Origin: Azolla caroliniana
Lineage: Eukaryota > Plantae > Polypodiophyta
Direction: 5' to 3'
DNA length: 64,000 nucleotides
Assembly (NCBI GenBank): GCA_043228905.1
Contig: JBHGNT010000017.1
Location: 4,650,001-4,714,000 of the forward strand
In this document: positions 24,229 to 36,221 of the stretch, piece after piece
How the letters are laid out: each line of letters starts with the position of its first letter
How positions within the stretch are numbered: the first letter of the stretch is position 1
Program-made: the position numbers and the translations under genes
The notes under the pieces: model-generated
Seen by the model: the letters and a program-made list of their open reading frames with translations, nothing else
What the model was told of the DNA's origin: nothing
The model's database searches: none

Positions 24229-27200
24229 TCACTTCGGCATGGGATGTCTCTCCAATCCGATCCTCTTCCGGCATGCTTCCAGCTTGTCGGGTGTGAGCAC
24301 CTTGGTCAGCATATCCGACCCGTTCTCGTCCGTGTGGATCTTCGTCAGCACGAACTCCTTGTCTTCTATCCTTTCCCGGATCCAGTGATATCTTCGCTGG
24401 ATGTGCTTCGTCCGGGAGTGATAGGCCGCGTTCTTCGCAAGGTGGATTGCACTCTGACTGTCGCAGTAGAGTCGGTACTCCTCCTGCCGGATACCGAGCT
24501 CTCTAATGAAGTCCTTCATCCATATTACTTCCTTGCCGGCTTCAACAGCTGCCATGTACTCCGCCTCCGTGGTTGACAACGCAACCGTCTTCTGCAGCCT
24601 CGACTGCCATGAAACAGCTCCCCCTGCATACGTCATCACATACCCTGATGTGGACCGGCTGGTATCTGCATCAGCCGACATATCCGAATCGGTGAAGCCG
24701 TCGAGTTCGGGCTTACCGGAGCCGAATCGGAGGCACACGTTTGCCGTGCCCTTCAGGTATCGGAGTATCCACTTGGCCGCGTTCCAATGCTCTTTGCCGG
24801 GATTACTCATGTACCGGCTCACCACTCCGACTGCATATCCTATGTCCGGTCTCGTACACACCATGGCGTACATCAAGCTCCCGACGGCTGAGGCATACGG
24901 CACTTTCATCATATCCTCCTTTCCAGCCTTTGTCTTGGGACTTTGCTTGCTGGACAGCTTGCAGTTTGCCGGGAGGATCGATCCGACCGGTCTTGCTTCC
25001 GACATGTTGAACCGGTGAAGCACCTTCGTCACGTACTTCTCCTGTGACAGCCACAACAGCTTCTTCTTCCGGTCCCGGATGATGTGCATCCCTAGAATTT
25101 GTCTCGCCGAACCCAGGTCCTTCATTGAGAAGGTTCGGTGAAGAGCCTTCTTCAGCATCCGTATCTTGACCTGGTCCCGTCCGACGATCAACATGTCGTC
25201 CACATACAGGAGGAGTATTAGAAAGTCTCCTCCTTCGAACTTCTTCACAAACACGCAGTGGTCGGACTGCGTTTTGAGGTACCCTTCGTCGGTCATGAAA
25301 GAGTCGAACTTTCGGTACCATTGTCGGGGAGCCTGCTTCAGTCCGTAAAGGCTCTTCTTCAACCGACATACCAGGTGCTCCTTCCCTTTCTTCTCGAATC
25401 CTTCCGGTTGCTGCATGTAGATCTCTTCTTCGAGGTCACCGTGAAGGAATGCCGTCTTCACGTCCATCTGTTCTACCTCGAGGTCCATGCTTGCCGCTAT
25501 GCTCAGCACCGTCCGGATGGAGGTCATCTTTACTACCGGGGCAAATATTTCGTCGAAGTCGACGCCCTTCTTCTGCTGGAACCCCTTCACCACGATCCTG
25601 GCTTTGTATCTCGGGGGGTTTCCGGCATCTCCCGGTTTCAGCTTGAACACCCACTTGTTACGGAGTGCCCGTTTTCCTTTCGGCAGCTCCACAAGTTCAT
25701 ATGTGTGGTTCTCATGTAGGGAATCCATCTCGTCCTGCATGGCACTCAACCACCTGCGGCTCTGGGTGTCATGTTTTGCTTCTTCAAAGCTTTCCGGCTC
25801 CCCCTCGTCGGTTAGCAGCACGTGCTCTGGTTCCGGAAATCTCCGGGGGGCCCTTCTCTCTCTTAGAGGATATCTCCGTTCCGGAGCTTCGGTAACCGGT
25901 TCTTCCGATTCTTCTTCATCCGAATCCATTTCGGGATCGGGGCCGGTTCCGGTATCATTTTCATCTTCTTCGGCCGGTTCTGTTTCTTCACCGTCTTCGG
26001 CCGGATCCTCGAGTGTTAACCGGTCCCTTGCCGGTCGGGACTGCTCCTCGTAGAGTTGATCCTCACCGGTCGACTTGGAGCTCTTCATCTTCTTCTCCGA
26101 CTCCCAGTCGGCGAGTGTCTTGTCCTCCATGAAGATGATATCTCGACTCCTGAATATCTTCTTGTCGACCGGGTCCCATACTCGGTAGCCGAACTCGTCG
26201 TCGCCGTAACCGAGGAATATGCATGGCCGGGTCTTTGGATCTAGCTTTCCTCTCCGGTCCTTTGCCACATGCACGTATGCGAGACACCCGAACACCTTCA
26301 GATGCCGGTAGGATACTTCCCTACCGGTCCACACTCTCTGCGGCGTGTCTCCGTCCAAAGGTACTGAGGGTGATCTATTTATCACATACGTCGCCGTCGA
26401 CATTGCCTCAGCCCAAAATCCCTTGGGTAGTTTCGCATGCGCCAGCATACTCCGGACCCTCTCCATTACGGTCCGGTTCATCCTCTCGGCCAGCCCGTTC
26501 AGTTCCGGCGTCTTCGGCACAGTAAACTCGAGTCGGATTCCCTTCGAGCGACAGTACTCCTGGAACTGCCCTCGGTATTCCCCTCCGTTATCCGCTCGTA
26601 TCGCTTTCAGTTTCTTGCCGGATTCCCTTTCCAACCTCGCGTGGAGTTCTTTGAAGACGGACAATACTTGGTCCTTTGTCTTCAAAGGTGCCGTCCACAG
26701 TCTTCGGCTGTGGTCATCTATGAATGTTACGAAGTACTGGGCTCCGCCATGTGACTTCGTTTCTACCTGACACACGTCGGTGTGCACCAACTCCAATGGT
26801 GCGCTACGTCTCGTCGGTGGCCTTGAGTGGAAGGAGGTTCGGTTCTGCTTACCGGCCAGGCAATCGGTGCACTTCTCCAGGTGCACATGCTTCACTGGAA
26901 TGAGGTTGTCTTCTGCAAGCCTCTTCATCCCCTTCTCGCTCATGTGGCACAGTCTCTTGTGCCACAGCTCACCGGCAGTGTCGGCTGCCACATTCAGCTC
27001 TTCCGGACATAACCGGGCATTAATCAGGTATAGTGTGTTGACCTTCCGGGCCCGAGCCACTATCAGGCTCCCCTTGCTGAACTTCATTACGCCGTTCCGG
27101 ATGCTACCTGTGTAGCCTTCATCGTCTAGCCTTCCGGCCGAAATCAGGTTCAATCGAACCTCCGGAACGTGTCGGACATCCTTCAGCAGCATTTTGCATC

Positions 27201-28302
27201 CGGTCGGGGTTGTCAACCACACGTCTCCGATGCCGGCAATCCGGCACGTACCTTCATTTCCCATCCGAACACAGCCATGCTCACCGGCTGTGTAGGATGA
27301 AAAGTATCTTCTCTCCGGGGTCAGGTGGAACGACGCTCCGGAGTCGACCACCTAGGTCGTCTCATCGCCGGCAATGTTTAGCTCTCCTTCTTCGGTGATG
27401 AGCATGATTTCTTCCTCACTTGCCGCGAGTGCCGTTGTTCCTTTCCGGTCCTGCCCTCGCCGATCCGAACCTCTCCGGTCCGTGGCTCCCCGGTATGCAC
27501 CGTTTCTCTCTGGTGACTTCTTCGAATCGGTGTCGTCGGCTCCGTTGTCTTTTCGGTAATGCCGACAATTCTTTCGGAAGTGCCCCGGCTTCCCACAGTG
27601 GAAGCATGTGGGTCTTCCTCTTGACTGCGACCGGGTCCCCGACTTCTCCCGTCTTTGCGGACTCCGGTTCCATTGTCTTCCCCGATCCGATTCGGTAAAC
27701 AACATCTTCGGGTCGGAGGTCGGTTCCTTATCTCTCCGACGCGCTTCTTCATTCAAAATACTTGTCTTTACCGTTTGTAAGGACAAGTTATCTTCGGTGC
27801 AGGAGGTGCTGAGAGTCACCACCAAGTTCTCCCAGCTTTCCGGCAATGTACACATCAGGATGATGGCTTGCATTGCATCCTCCAACGGGAACTTGATCGC
27901 CGCAAGCTGATTCACGAATCCCATGAACGTGCTTACGTGTTCGACCATACTCTCGCCGTCCCGGTACTTGAGGTTCACTATCTTCCTCATCAGGGAGGTC
28001 CGGTTCAACGCATTCTTCCTCTCGTAGAGGCCCGACAGCTTCTTCCACATCTCATATGCGTTGGTGTCATTCGCCACATGTTGTAGGACGCTTACATCGA
28101 CATATTGTCGGATCGTCGCTACGGCTTTCCGGTTCAGGAGCTTCCACTCTGACTCAAGTACCCCTTTCGGTATTTCCGACCTGTCAATCGGTTCGTACAG
28201 GTCCCGAACAATCAGAAGATCCTCCATCTTGATCTTCCAGTCGGCGTAATTCTGTGCATTCAGCACCATCATCATCGGCTGCCCGCTGCCGCCGCCTTCC
28301 AT
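24229..28302 (-). CDS. Copia gag-pol polyprotein with one in-frame TAG at 27354-27352
   Basis: Gag has the CFHCGKPGHFRKNC knuckle, followed by *VVDSGASFH (protease), WHKRLCH..C..C, DDHSR/ADNGGEY/AERMNRT (integrase), DVKTAFLHGDLEEEIYM and YVDDML (RT), and DSD/EAEY/CDSQSA (RNase H). Confidence 0.93.
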
Positions 28303-28331
28303 TTTCTGCAACAGTCGCTCTGATACCAGTT

Positions 28332-28929
28332 TGTAAGGAATAGACGCTTCTATTCACCTTCACCAACTCGGCCACAACCGAGCAATCGCTGATCAATGGA
28401 GCAGAAAATAGGAACCACACGGAGAAAGAAACAGAACACGAGCACACAGGGATTTAACGTGGAAAACCCTAGATGGGAAAAACCACGGGAGTACAAGACT
28501 CCAAACAACACTATGCAAAAAAGAAGTATACAGTGGCGAGCTCCAAGGCGACGACCTTGAGCTCGCTGTCCTCGCCACAGGCGGCGGAAATACACAGAGG
28601 CGTCGTCCTCTTTCTCTCTCGCGCTCTCTCTCTCTTCACTCCTCTTAAGTGGAAAAACAGAAAAATAAGAAGCAACATAAAAACTGTTTGCCCTAAGTCA
28701 TATTTATACATATATGACTTTAGGGCTATTTACAACTATAGCCTCAGAGGGGCCCTTAGCAGACATATTCACGGATATGTCCCTGCATCCGGATCTCTTC
28801 TTCGGGTACATTCGTCATCCGACTCCGAAGTCGGGGTCTTCATCATCCGGTTCCGAAACCGAAACCGGGCTTGTCGACTTTGGCCTCCGACATCCGACCA
28901 TCCCATCTGAAGGGACCGAAATCCCAACA
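28332..28929 (-). repeat. Copia 5' LTR
   Basis: Adjacent to the PBS and ends at the GTAAA TSD. Confidence 0.96.
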
Positions 28930-30535
28930 GTAAACCATCGGGTAGTTCACTCGGAAAAACATCACGAAAATCGTTTACGATTTCATCAAGTTGTTTTTGT
29001 TCAAAATATGTTAATTGACCCGAGACATTATCGATATTGTAAACGTGAATGTCCGGATCAAGTACACAATAAAATAACGTAGAACAAGACAACTCGGATA
29101 TTGATGGACACGAGGAAACAATCGAGAGGGATTGTTTTGTTACACATTGAATAAAATGCGTACAATCGTTGAGTACAAAAGAAATGGAATGGCGAACCCA
29201 ATCAATAAATAAAGAAGAGCTTTTATTATAAAACCAGGGATAACCCAGTATTACATCGGTGGTACTAAGATTCATTACATGGAAGTCTACTTCCTCTATA
29301 TAGGTATCAATAGAAATTCCTAAAGAATGAATCGCCCCGTTGATGTGTTGTACTCTTCCATCAGCCAAGTGCACCGTGTAGGTGTGATCACTTACGGTGG
29401 GTTGGATTCCCCATATCTGTACCAAACGATCATTCACAAAATTGTGTGAGCTTCCCGAATCAAATAAAAATTGTACGGGAGATCCATTGATATACCCGTT
29501 TGCACGTAGTAAATCATTGGGACCCAATACATAATGAGGGAAAGAACATTGACAATTACTCAAATGATGTGTATAGACCTGAAGGACATTAGGAATCTGA
29601 CCTTTATGGTCTGTAGCTTTAGGTTTGGCGTCGTGCTCTTTTCGTTGGAGCTTACGACATTGCTCTTTTGTATGACCCTTCTTTTTGCAGAATACGCAAA
29701 AAGGATGTTGTCACTTATAATCGTGATCCATGAATTCGTTGGGTGTCTTGCGTTTCCCAACGAATTGCGACTGCTTAGTCCCGGGCGCTTCGTTGGGTTT
29801 GTTATGGTCCTTCTTCGAAGTGCGTTGATAGCGAAGAACTATCTCAACGGCCTCTTCGAAGGATTTTGGATCCTTATCGTGCACTATCCAGTGATAGTCC
29901 GAATTGGGGATGCCATTGACAAAACAAGCTATTAACCAATTGTCCCCTTCTAGACCCGATTTTTGGATTTGGGTTCTAGCATGGTGGACATAGTCTTCTA
30001 GCGAGGAAAACTTCCTGCTAGAGAGGTTCATTAAAGCTTGTGCTGCCTCGGTTCGAGAGGGAGGTTGTAGAAATTGACCCTTGAAAACTGTGACAAAGTC
30101 TGTCCAGGTCTCGGGCAATCTCCCCAAAGTTCGGAGCCCACGCCACCAAGCGGCGGCCTTACCCCCTAGTTCTCGGCCGACATATGCAATCTTCGTACTA
30201 TCTGGCGTGGGATAGAGCTCAAAATGAGACTCCCATCGGCCCAGCCACGTGCAGATTGCTTCTTCGGTTCTTTCCTTTTTATCTCCCGTAAATGGCTTTA
30301 CGACAAATGATGGTTCACCCTGACGCTCATCAGGTCTATTAATCTCATTTTGGAGACTAATGACTCGTGCCTCGAGAGCACTTTGAGATTGCCGAAATTC
30401 GGTCAACTGCTGCGCGGTTGAACTAAGGAAATGTTGTACTTGTAAAATATACGCCTCAATGGACATTGTCCCAGGAGGATTTCCTTGAGTTCTTTCCGCT
30501 TGAGCGGAGGGCATCGGGTCGTTATTCTGAGCCAT
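28930..30535 (-). CDS. Gypsy gag + protease, single frame with an in-frame TGA at 29713-29711
   Basis: ATG at 30535 and gag motif LGGKAAAWW. After the TGA the same frame gives QHPFCVFCKKKGHTKEQC (zinc knuckle), then LFDSGSSHNF and DVILGYPW (protease), up to DVFPSELPDGL. Confidence 0.9.
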
Positions 30536-31720
30536 TGAATGATTATTTCTGGCAAAGAAATAAGATAAGGTCAGACAAATAGTCATAACATCTTGTCGTG
30601 GTGTAAACATATCATGGGCAAACATTAATCGATATCATGATCTCACGTCAATACCCCTCTAGACGTATGAGATGAGGTTCAAGATCAGGTTACTATGGTA
30701 ACATAGAGGTGTTTTAAAAACCATGGGGGTGACAAATGAATGCCTTTCCCTGATCTCTATATCGATTTTTTTCATGGCGGCTCCCCGAGGCTCAACCATG
30801 TATGTTCGCGTCATGAATAGTTTATACACGAAAAAAATGTTAACAATAACTATGTTTCTGTGCCCACATATGTGGTTTCGGCTCTTTAAGTCCTATTACG
30901 AGGACCCCGAAGTGCACTTAGACCTAAAGTCTAAACATGTATTATAGTCATATGTATCAACGATGTTGTATGGTGTTGGTCATATTTGAACTCGAGACCT
31001 CGAGGACAAATACATTAAACACTTGAGCCAACCAAGTAGATTGCGCGTCTTGAATGTTTAATGTTTGAGGCGTATTCGAGATATGCGAGGCATTTGCCCC
31101 TATATGTTTTTTTTAAAAGAAACATATAGGTCAAGTGGCCTTATTTCTCCCTCATTTATTACCCACTATGGTTGTACGCTACCTACCCTCAAGCCTCGTA
31201 AGTACAATGGCATATGCCAAAGTGTAACCTAATGGTCAAGCCGAATGAGCCCTTGTGTCTTCGTAGGCTCATGTGGCCCATCACATGGTCACGTCATTAC
31301 GAATGGCGCTCGTAAGAACGAGCTCATGGTGGCATCGTATCCATGTAACGAGGGGAGATGTTGGATACGTGTGTCATTAGAGCGACCCTACTTGATGTGG
31401 ATCAAGCCCGACGTATTCAACATCATTTTGGCTATACGAGGTTCGTTACGTAACGAAAGATCAAAGTGACCAACGGGAATTTCAACAATAAAAATTGTTG
31501 ATAAAAGGGATGGTGACAACGCCATTCTCACAAAAATGTGAGGACGGCCACCAAAATCCTCTCCCCAATTAGGAAAACATTTGATATGAATCACGTAATC
31601 TAAAATATACACATATGTCAATATATCACATATATACGATCAGAGACGTATATAAGTGACCACATATGCGTATACTAAATGAATCGTTTTTTTTATATAG
31701 CCAACAATGATGTATTCGGG

Positions 31721-31990
31721 ATACGTAATCGAGGCATATACCTCTACGCACACGAAACATCCGAAAATAAGGTTAAGCGTAATTCGCAATTGAGGTATTG
31801 ACCTCTTACGCATAGTAAATCCAACGCATATCATTTCGAACGAATCGAGGTATTGACCTCGTACGCGAACGTAACATATGTTCGTGAACGTAATACGCAA
31901 TTGAGGTAGTAACCTCGTACGCATACGACACTCATCACATATGATTTATATGTCAAACGAGGTATTGACCTCGTGGACATATGTAAACGT
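31721..31990 (-). repeat. Array of five GAGGT-N4-ACCTC stem-loops with variable spacers in the Gypsy leader
   Basis: Cores start at 31731, 31792, 31847, 31903 and 31959. Confidence 0.88.
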
Positions 31991-32233
31991 TTAAGATAAC
32001 CAATTAAATACCACGTCAACATCATTGAATATATGAAAAAAAAACTACATATTAAGTATACACATGTATAGAAGGGAGAAGAAAAATTAGATAAAAAATT
32101 AAGGAAAATTTACCGAAGTTCTTTCGCTAATCCTTGTCTGCATGAAGGCGACCGCACAACGATCAATCGCCATCCCACGCGAAGACAAAAAGAAAACCAA
32201 AAGAAACGTTAGTACATAGGCTCCGATACCAAA

Positions 32234-32698
32234 TATTAGAGATTAGGTACTAAAGTAAGCATAAAATAAGGATATATCAATGATAGATCTAGAAAGAATA
32301 GAGAGAAAAGAGAGAAAGAAGGGTGCCGATCCACCCGACCACCCCCGAGCGAAGGGATCGAGACGGACTCGAGCCTCGATCGGCGTCCCATACCACCGCC
32401 TTGGCGTCGAGTCGTACCTGGACGATAGCGCGCTTGCTACAAGAGTCGTTCCACTCACGGACAGAGTCTCGACGTAGTCAATGCATGCCCAAATGAGGGT
32501 AGCTAGGCCTCTTATTTATAGTAATTCTCAAGGCCCCCAGCCATGTTCACACTTGGCCTCATGGGTTGTCTCAATCCCGAGGATTAAAAGTAATCCTCCC
32601 CTTCTTTAGACTCTTTGTTTAACCCTCACACTTATCCACGTGTATAGAATACTACGACAATTCTCACCACGGGATATTATATGGTCATGCCCGTAACA
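32234..32698 (-). repeat. Gypsy 5' LTR
   Basis: Direct repeat of 20311-20775, with TATAAATA on the minus strand at 32520-32513 and the PBS adjacent. Confidence 0.97.
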
Positions 32699-35600
32699 CA
32701 ATGCATGTTAAAGAAGGAAGTTTCTATTTTTCGCAATTGCACTTGAAAGTTATAAAAGGATGAAGAATGCTCACAGGTAATGATGATCATTGAAAGTTGT
32801 GTAATTAGAGAACTGTAACGATGTGTGCTCATCGCATCTACTTCAAGAATATTCTTCCATTTTTTTTTCGTGATCTTTAACTCTCACGCCATATAACAGG
32901 GTTAATTGGTTTAAGAAACTTAATTCTATATTGATCTTAAGGGTTTTAGGAATTATTGTAAACAACAAGAAGTATTTCTATTTTTATGTATTATAAGTTG
33001 TGCATTTGAAGAAAGAATTGCAAATTGTTTCCTTGTAAATTGAGATCGAAGACAGATTGTTATGGAATTTTTGGCTTGAAAATCTACACACAAAATTGGT
33101 TTATGTTTTTGGGAGATGGATTCGTGTTTGTACATCTTAATAATTGGCACACCATCGTCTAGAGGTTTCTACAAGGAACATGGAAAAATTTTCAGATAAA
33201 AAATCCGAAGCCAAAGAAGAGATTATGAAGAATTTTTTTTTAATGAACAACAAAATTCAGACCTTAAAGTCCACTTGATATTGCCATAGAACATCAGCTG
33301 AACCCTATAGATCATCATATTGACAACGTAGTGTATGGACAAATAACAACCAGAATCCAATAAGCATGGTGTGGAGATGTATGTGAGCATGGTATGAGGT
33401 GGAATTATCCCATACCTTCTTTTTTGTTGCATAGCTTGTAGTTTTTGCTCCACTTGTTTCTCATATGATATCATTTGTTTGATCAGATGTTGGTATTAGC
33501 CTTTGTATCACAATAGAGGTGAGATGAAATATCTCCTTCTGTTTTCTATATGTATATTTCTCAAGTAATATACTAAGGTGTATCTTTCTTTAAATAAATA
33601 GATAAAAATTCAAACCTACGACACTTGATGTCAATAAATCCAACACTTGTCCGATTGAGAAACATTCGTGAAAAAGTTTGGGAGATTGTTCTACCCGAAG
33701 GTCAAGTCTGGGTAATCCAATTACCAGATGCTAGAGACCTTCATGTTAGTTGATTTACCCAAAGGTTCTTCTAATAATCAATTATACGATGGTATAAAGC
33801 CTTTGGTTAATTGCATTTACCCAAAGGTGAAAAGTTCTTCATGGAATTCCTCAAAGGTCACCCTTCACATGCAATTCCACGATGGAGAGCAAGAGAAAAA
33901 GAAAGTCATCAATGACATATGTTGTTTGTCGTCAAGTAGTAGGGCGAGAAGGGAAGGACCATTGACAACCATTGTCCTAGAGCACACGCATACACATATA
34001 TTTACTCAAACACATTATATCAAAACACATTCACCCCTATACATGAATAGACACATGCAACCAAATAAACTCTTACAAACCCACAATCATTTGTGCATAA
34101 AATTCTAGCCCTTATTCACAGACATCTTATACATACACATATACATGTATATACATTTACTTACGCATACAAGTGTACAAGTAAACAATACACACATACA
34201 TATACACATTGTATTACACGAGCACTTATTTCTGCATACATGTAAGCATTGATCTATGAGCGGGCACACATTCATGAATGATTTTACAAGCTAGAGTACA
34301 ATCATACACTAGTTAACTAAAAAGAGCTACCATTTGCTTGCAAGCTACATTCTTAGAAAGGTAATTTTAAGTGCTTGTCAAGTGGGAAAATATTCATAAT
34401 TCAAGCGCAACCCCATTATCAAGGATGCAACCTTCTCTAGTCTAGGCACCCAAAGGTTGCACTCATCTTTCACACGCATGCATGTAAAACAATGTGCAAT
34501 GCCTTGATAGTGAAGAACAATTTATTGTATAAAAAGATGAGAGGGTGGTTTTTGGTATAGAATTTAAAACAAAAAAGCAAAATCATTGTAGTATGAAGTG
34601 AAATTAAGCTAGAAAAGTTTCTTGTATATGTGTATTGTGTTGAACAAAATTATGATGCATAAATGCGTAGATGTTGCCCATGATGATGTACTGCAAAGAT
34701 TGAGCAAAGCAAGAAGTACGGGTTTGTCTAGTCATGCTTCCAAAACAACCAAGATATGAGATCATTGTTTTGTTCATCAAACCCTTTTGGCACAAGAAAG
34801 CTAACAACTACTAGGTGTGAGTTTTGACAAAAAAAGGAATGGTAATTGTGTGCATTTAAACCTCCGCAACTATATGTCATCCACGTTTAAGTTATTTCCC
34901 CAATTCTATACCAAAAGAAAGTCGACTTTGTGGACTATCCAATTATTATAGCTCCATTGATTCTTACAAGTGGATTGGATGGGGTCAACAAACTTTACAT
35001 ATGATAGATTTGACATTTCTTTGTTGGTGCTTTCGACTCTCAAGTTGTTCACCTATATACATAATGCAAAATGGCTACCTCTAAAAGGTTTATTGGGTAA
35101 ATAATGCAAGTAACTTGTCTCCTTGTAACATATCACAAAACCAAGTATATCTTGAAAAAGTAGCCAAAAGAAAACATCACTTTCAATGGATGTTGCCAAA
35201 AGTTTACAAATGCAACATTGCTTATCCATTTCCTATAAAGAAAGATGATACCCCTTCAATGTATTTCATATCATCTCTCTCTATCTCTCTCTCTTTGGTA
35301 AAAGCACACAATTGTATTAATTGTGTAAAATCCACAATTACAATTTACAACTTACAACACGGATTAGGCTCCTCTACCTACCTATGCCTATGTAGGGAGA
35401 GGGATGTCTTGTATACATATATGTATACATCACATGCATATATATAAATTTATAATATATCACATTTTTGCACATGCATGTTATATACATGTGTATGTAG
35501 GTATTTACATATAAGACTTATTTTGTTCTACATGTACATGCACTTGTAGATTTGATCACCCTCATCCCCCCCACCACGATTTTAATGCAACCAACTCATG

Positions 35601-36092
35601 TTGGGGCAATGACATAACTACATAACTTGATCTCCCTCAACCTCTCGACGAGAACCGGTGAAAATTCGCTTTTCCTCGTGCTAACATCAATTAGGTGACT
35701 CATGCAAGAGTTTTTAATTCATATTAACTAGGAGATGTGAAGGGCGGCTATTGGTTTGGGAAAGTACTCTATGCCAACATTTTCCCACTATTTGACGAGA
35801 AATACCCAAAGCATCTTCTCATACAACAAAAGAACATGGGGATAGATGGGTGCAATTCAATATTTTGTCAGTAGCCATCACGTACTCATCCCAGGGTAAT
35901 ATATCGTTTATCCCTGATTTGCGACGAAAAGGATATATTACCTTTACGAGTGGTGTGTCATGTCAAGGGAGGACCAAAAGTGACAACTGGGGTGAGCTGA
36001 AACAATGTGAAGCCACAGTAACACACGTAAACGGCGAGACGCGGAGGAGTTCTAGAAGGAGTGACTAGGTCCCCCATGAAGTTCATTCTTTT

Positions 36093-36160
36093 GAGAGAGA
36101 GAGAGAGTGTGTGTGTGCGTGTGTGTGATAGAGAGAGAGAGTGTGTGTGTGTGATAGATA

Positions 36161-36195
<35 letters not shown>

Positions 36196-36221
36196 TGTGT
36201 GTGTGTGTGTGAAGAGAGAGA
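36093..36221. repeat. Compound (GA)n/(GT)n microsatellite upstream of PI4K gamma
   Basis: Directly visible. Confidence 0.95.

Larger units (their letters stand above)
23595..28929 (-). mobile_element. Full-length Ty1/Copia LTR retrotransposon (Tnt1/Tork-like) nested in the Gypsy pol
   Basis: TG..CA LTRs at 23595-24218 (624 bp) and 28332-28929 (598 bp). TSD GTAAA (23590-23594, 28930-28934). PBS TGGTATCAGAGC at 28328-28317 and PPT at ~24219-24232. Domain order is gag-PR-IN-RT-RH. Confidence 0.97.
20311..32698 (-). mobile_element. Full-length Ty3/Gypsy chromovirus LTR retrotransposon, interrupted by a nested Copia
   Basis: 465-bp LTRs at 20311-20775 and 32234-32698, identical by eye. 5-bp TSD CAATG (20306-20310, 32699-32703). 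PBS TGGTATCGGAGCC (tRNA-iMet-like) at ~32219-32231 and PPT at ~20776-20790. Domain order is gag-PR-RT-RH-IN-chromodomain. Confidence 0.97.

Noticed and set aside
24160-28250. Numerous antisense and alternative-frame ORFs within the Copia
   Set aside because: Expected by-products of GC-rich coding sequence, with no motifs.
31721-31990. CRISPR array interpretation of the hairpin/spacer array
   Set aside because: Eukaryotic retrotransposon context, 14-bp cores, partly related spacers and no cas genes. It is kept as an RNA-structure finding instead.
30626-32217. Extra (env-like or antisense) ORF in the long Gypsy leader
   Set aside because: Only short ORFs (<100 aa) with no motifs.
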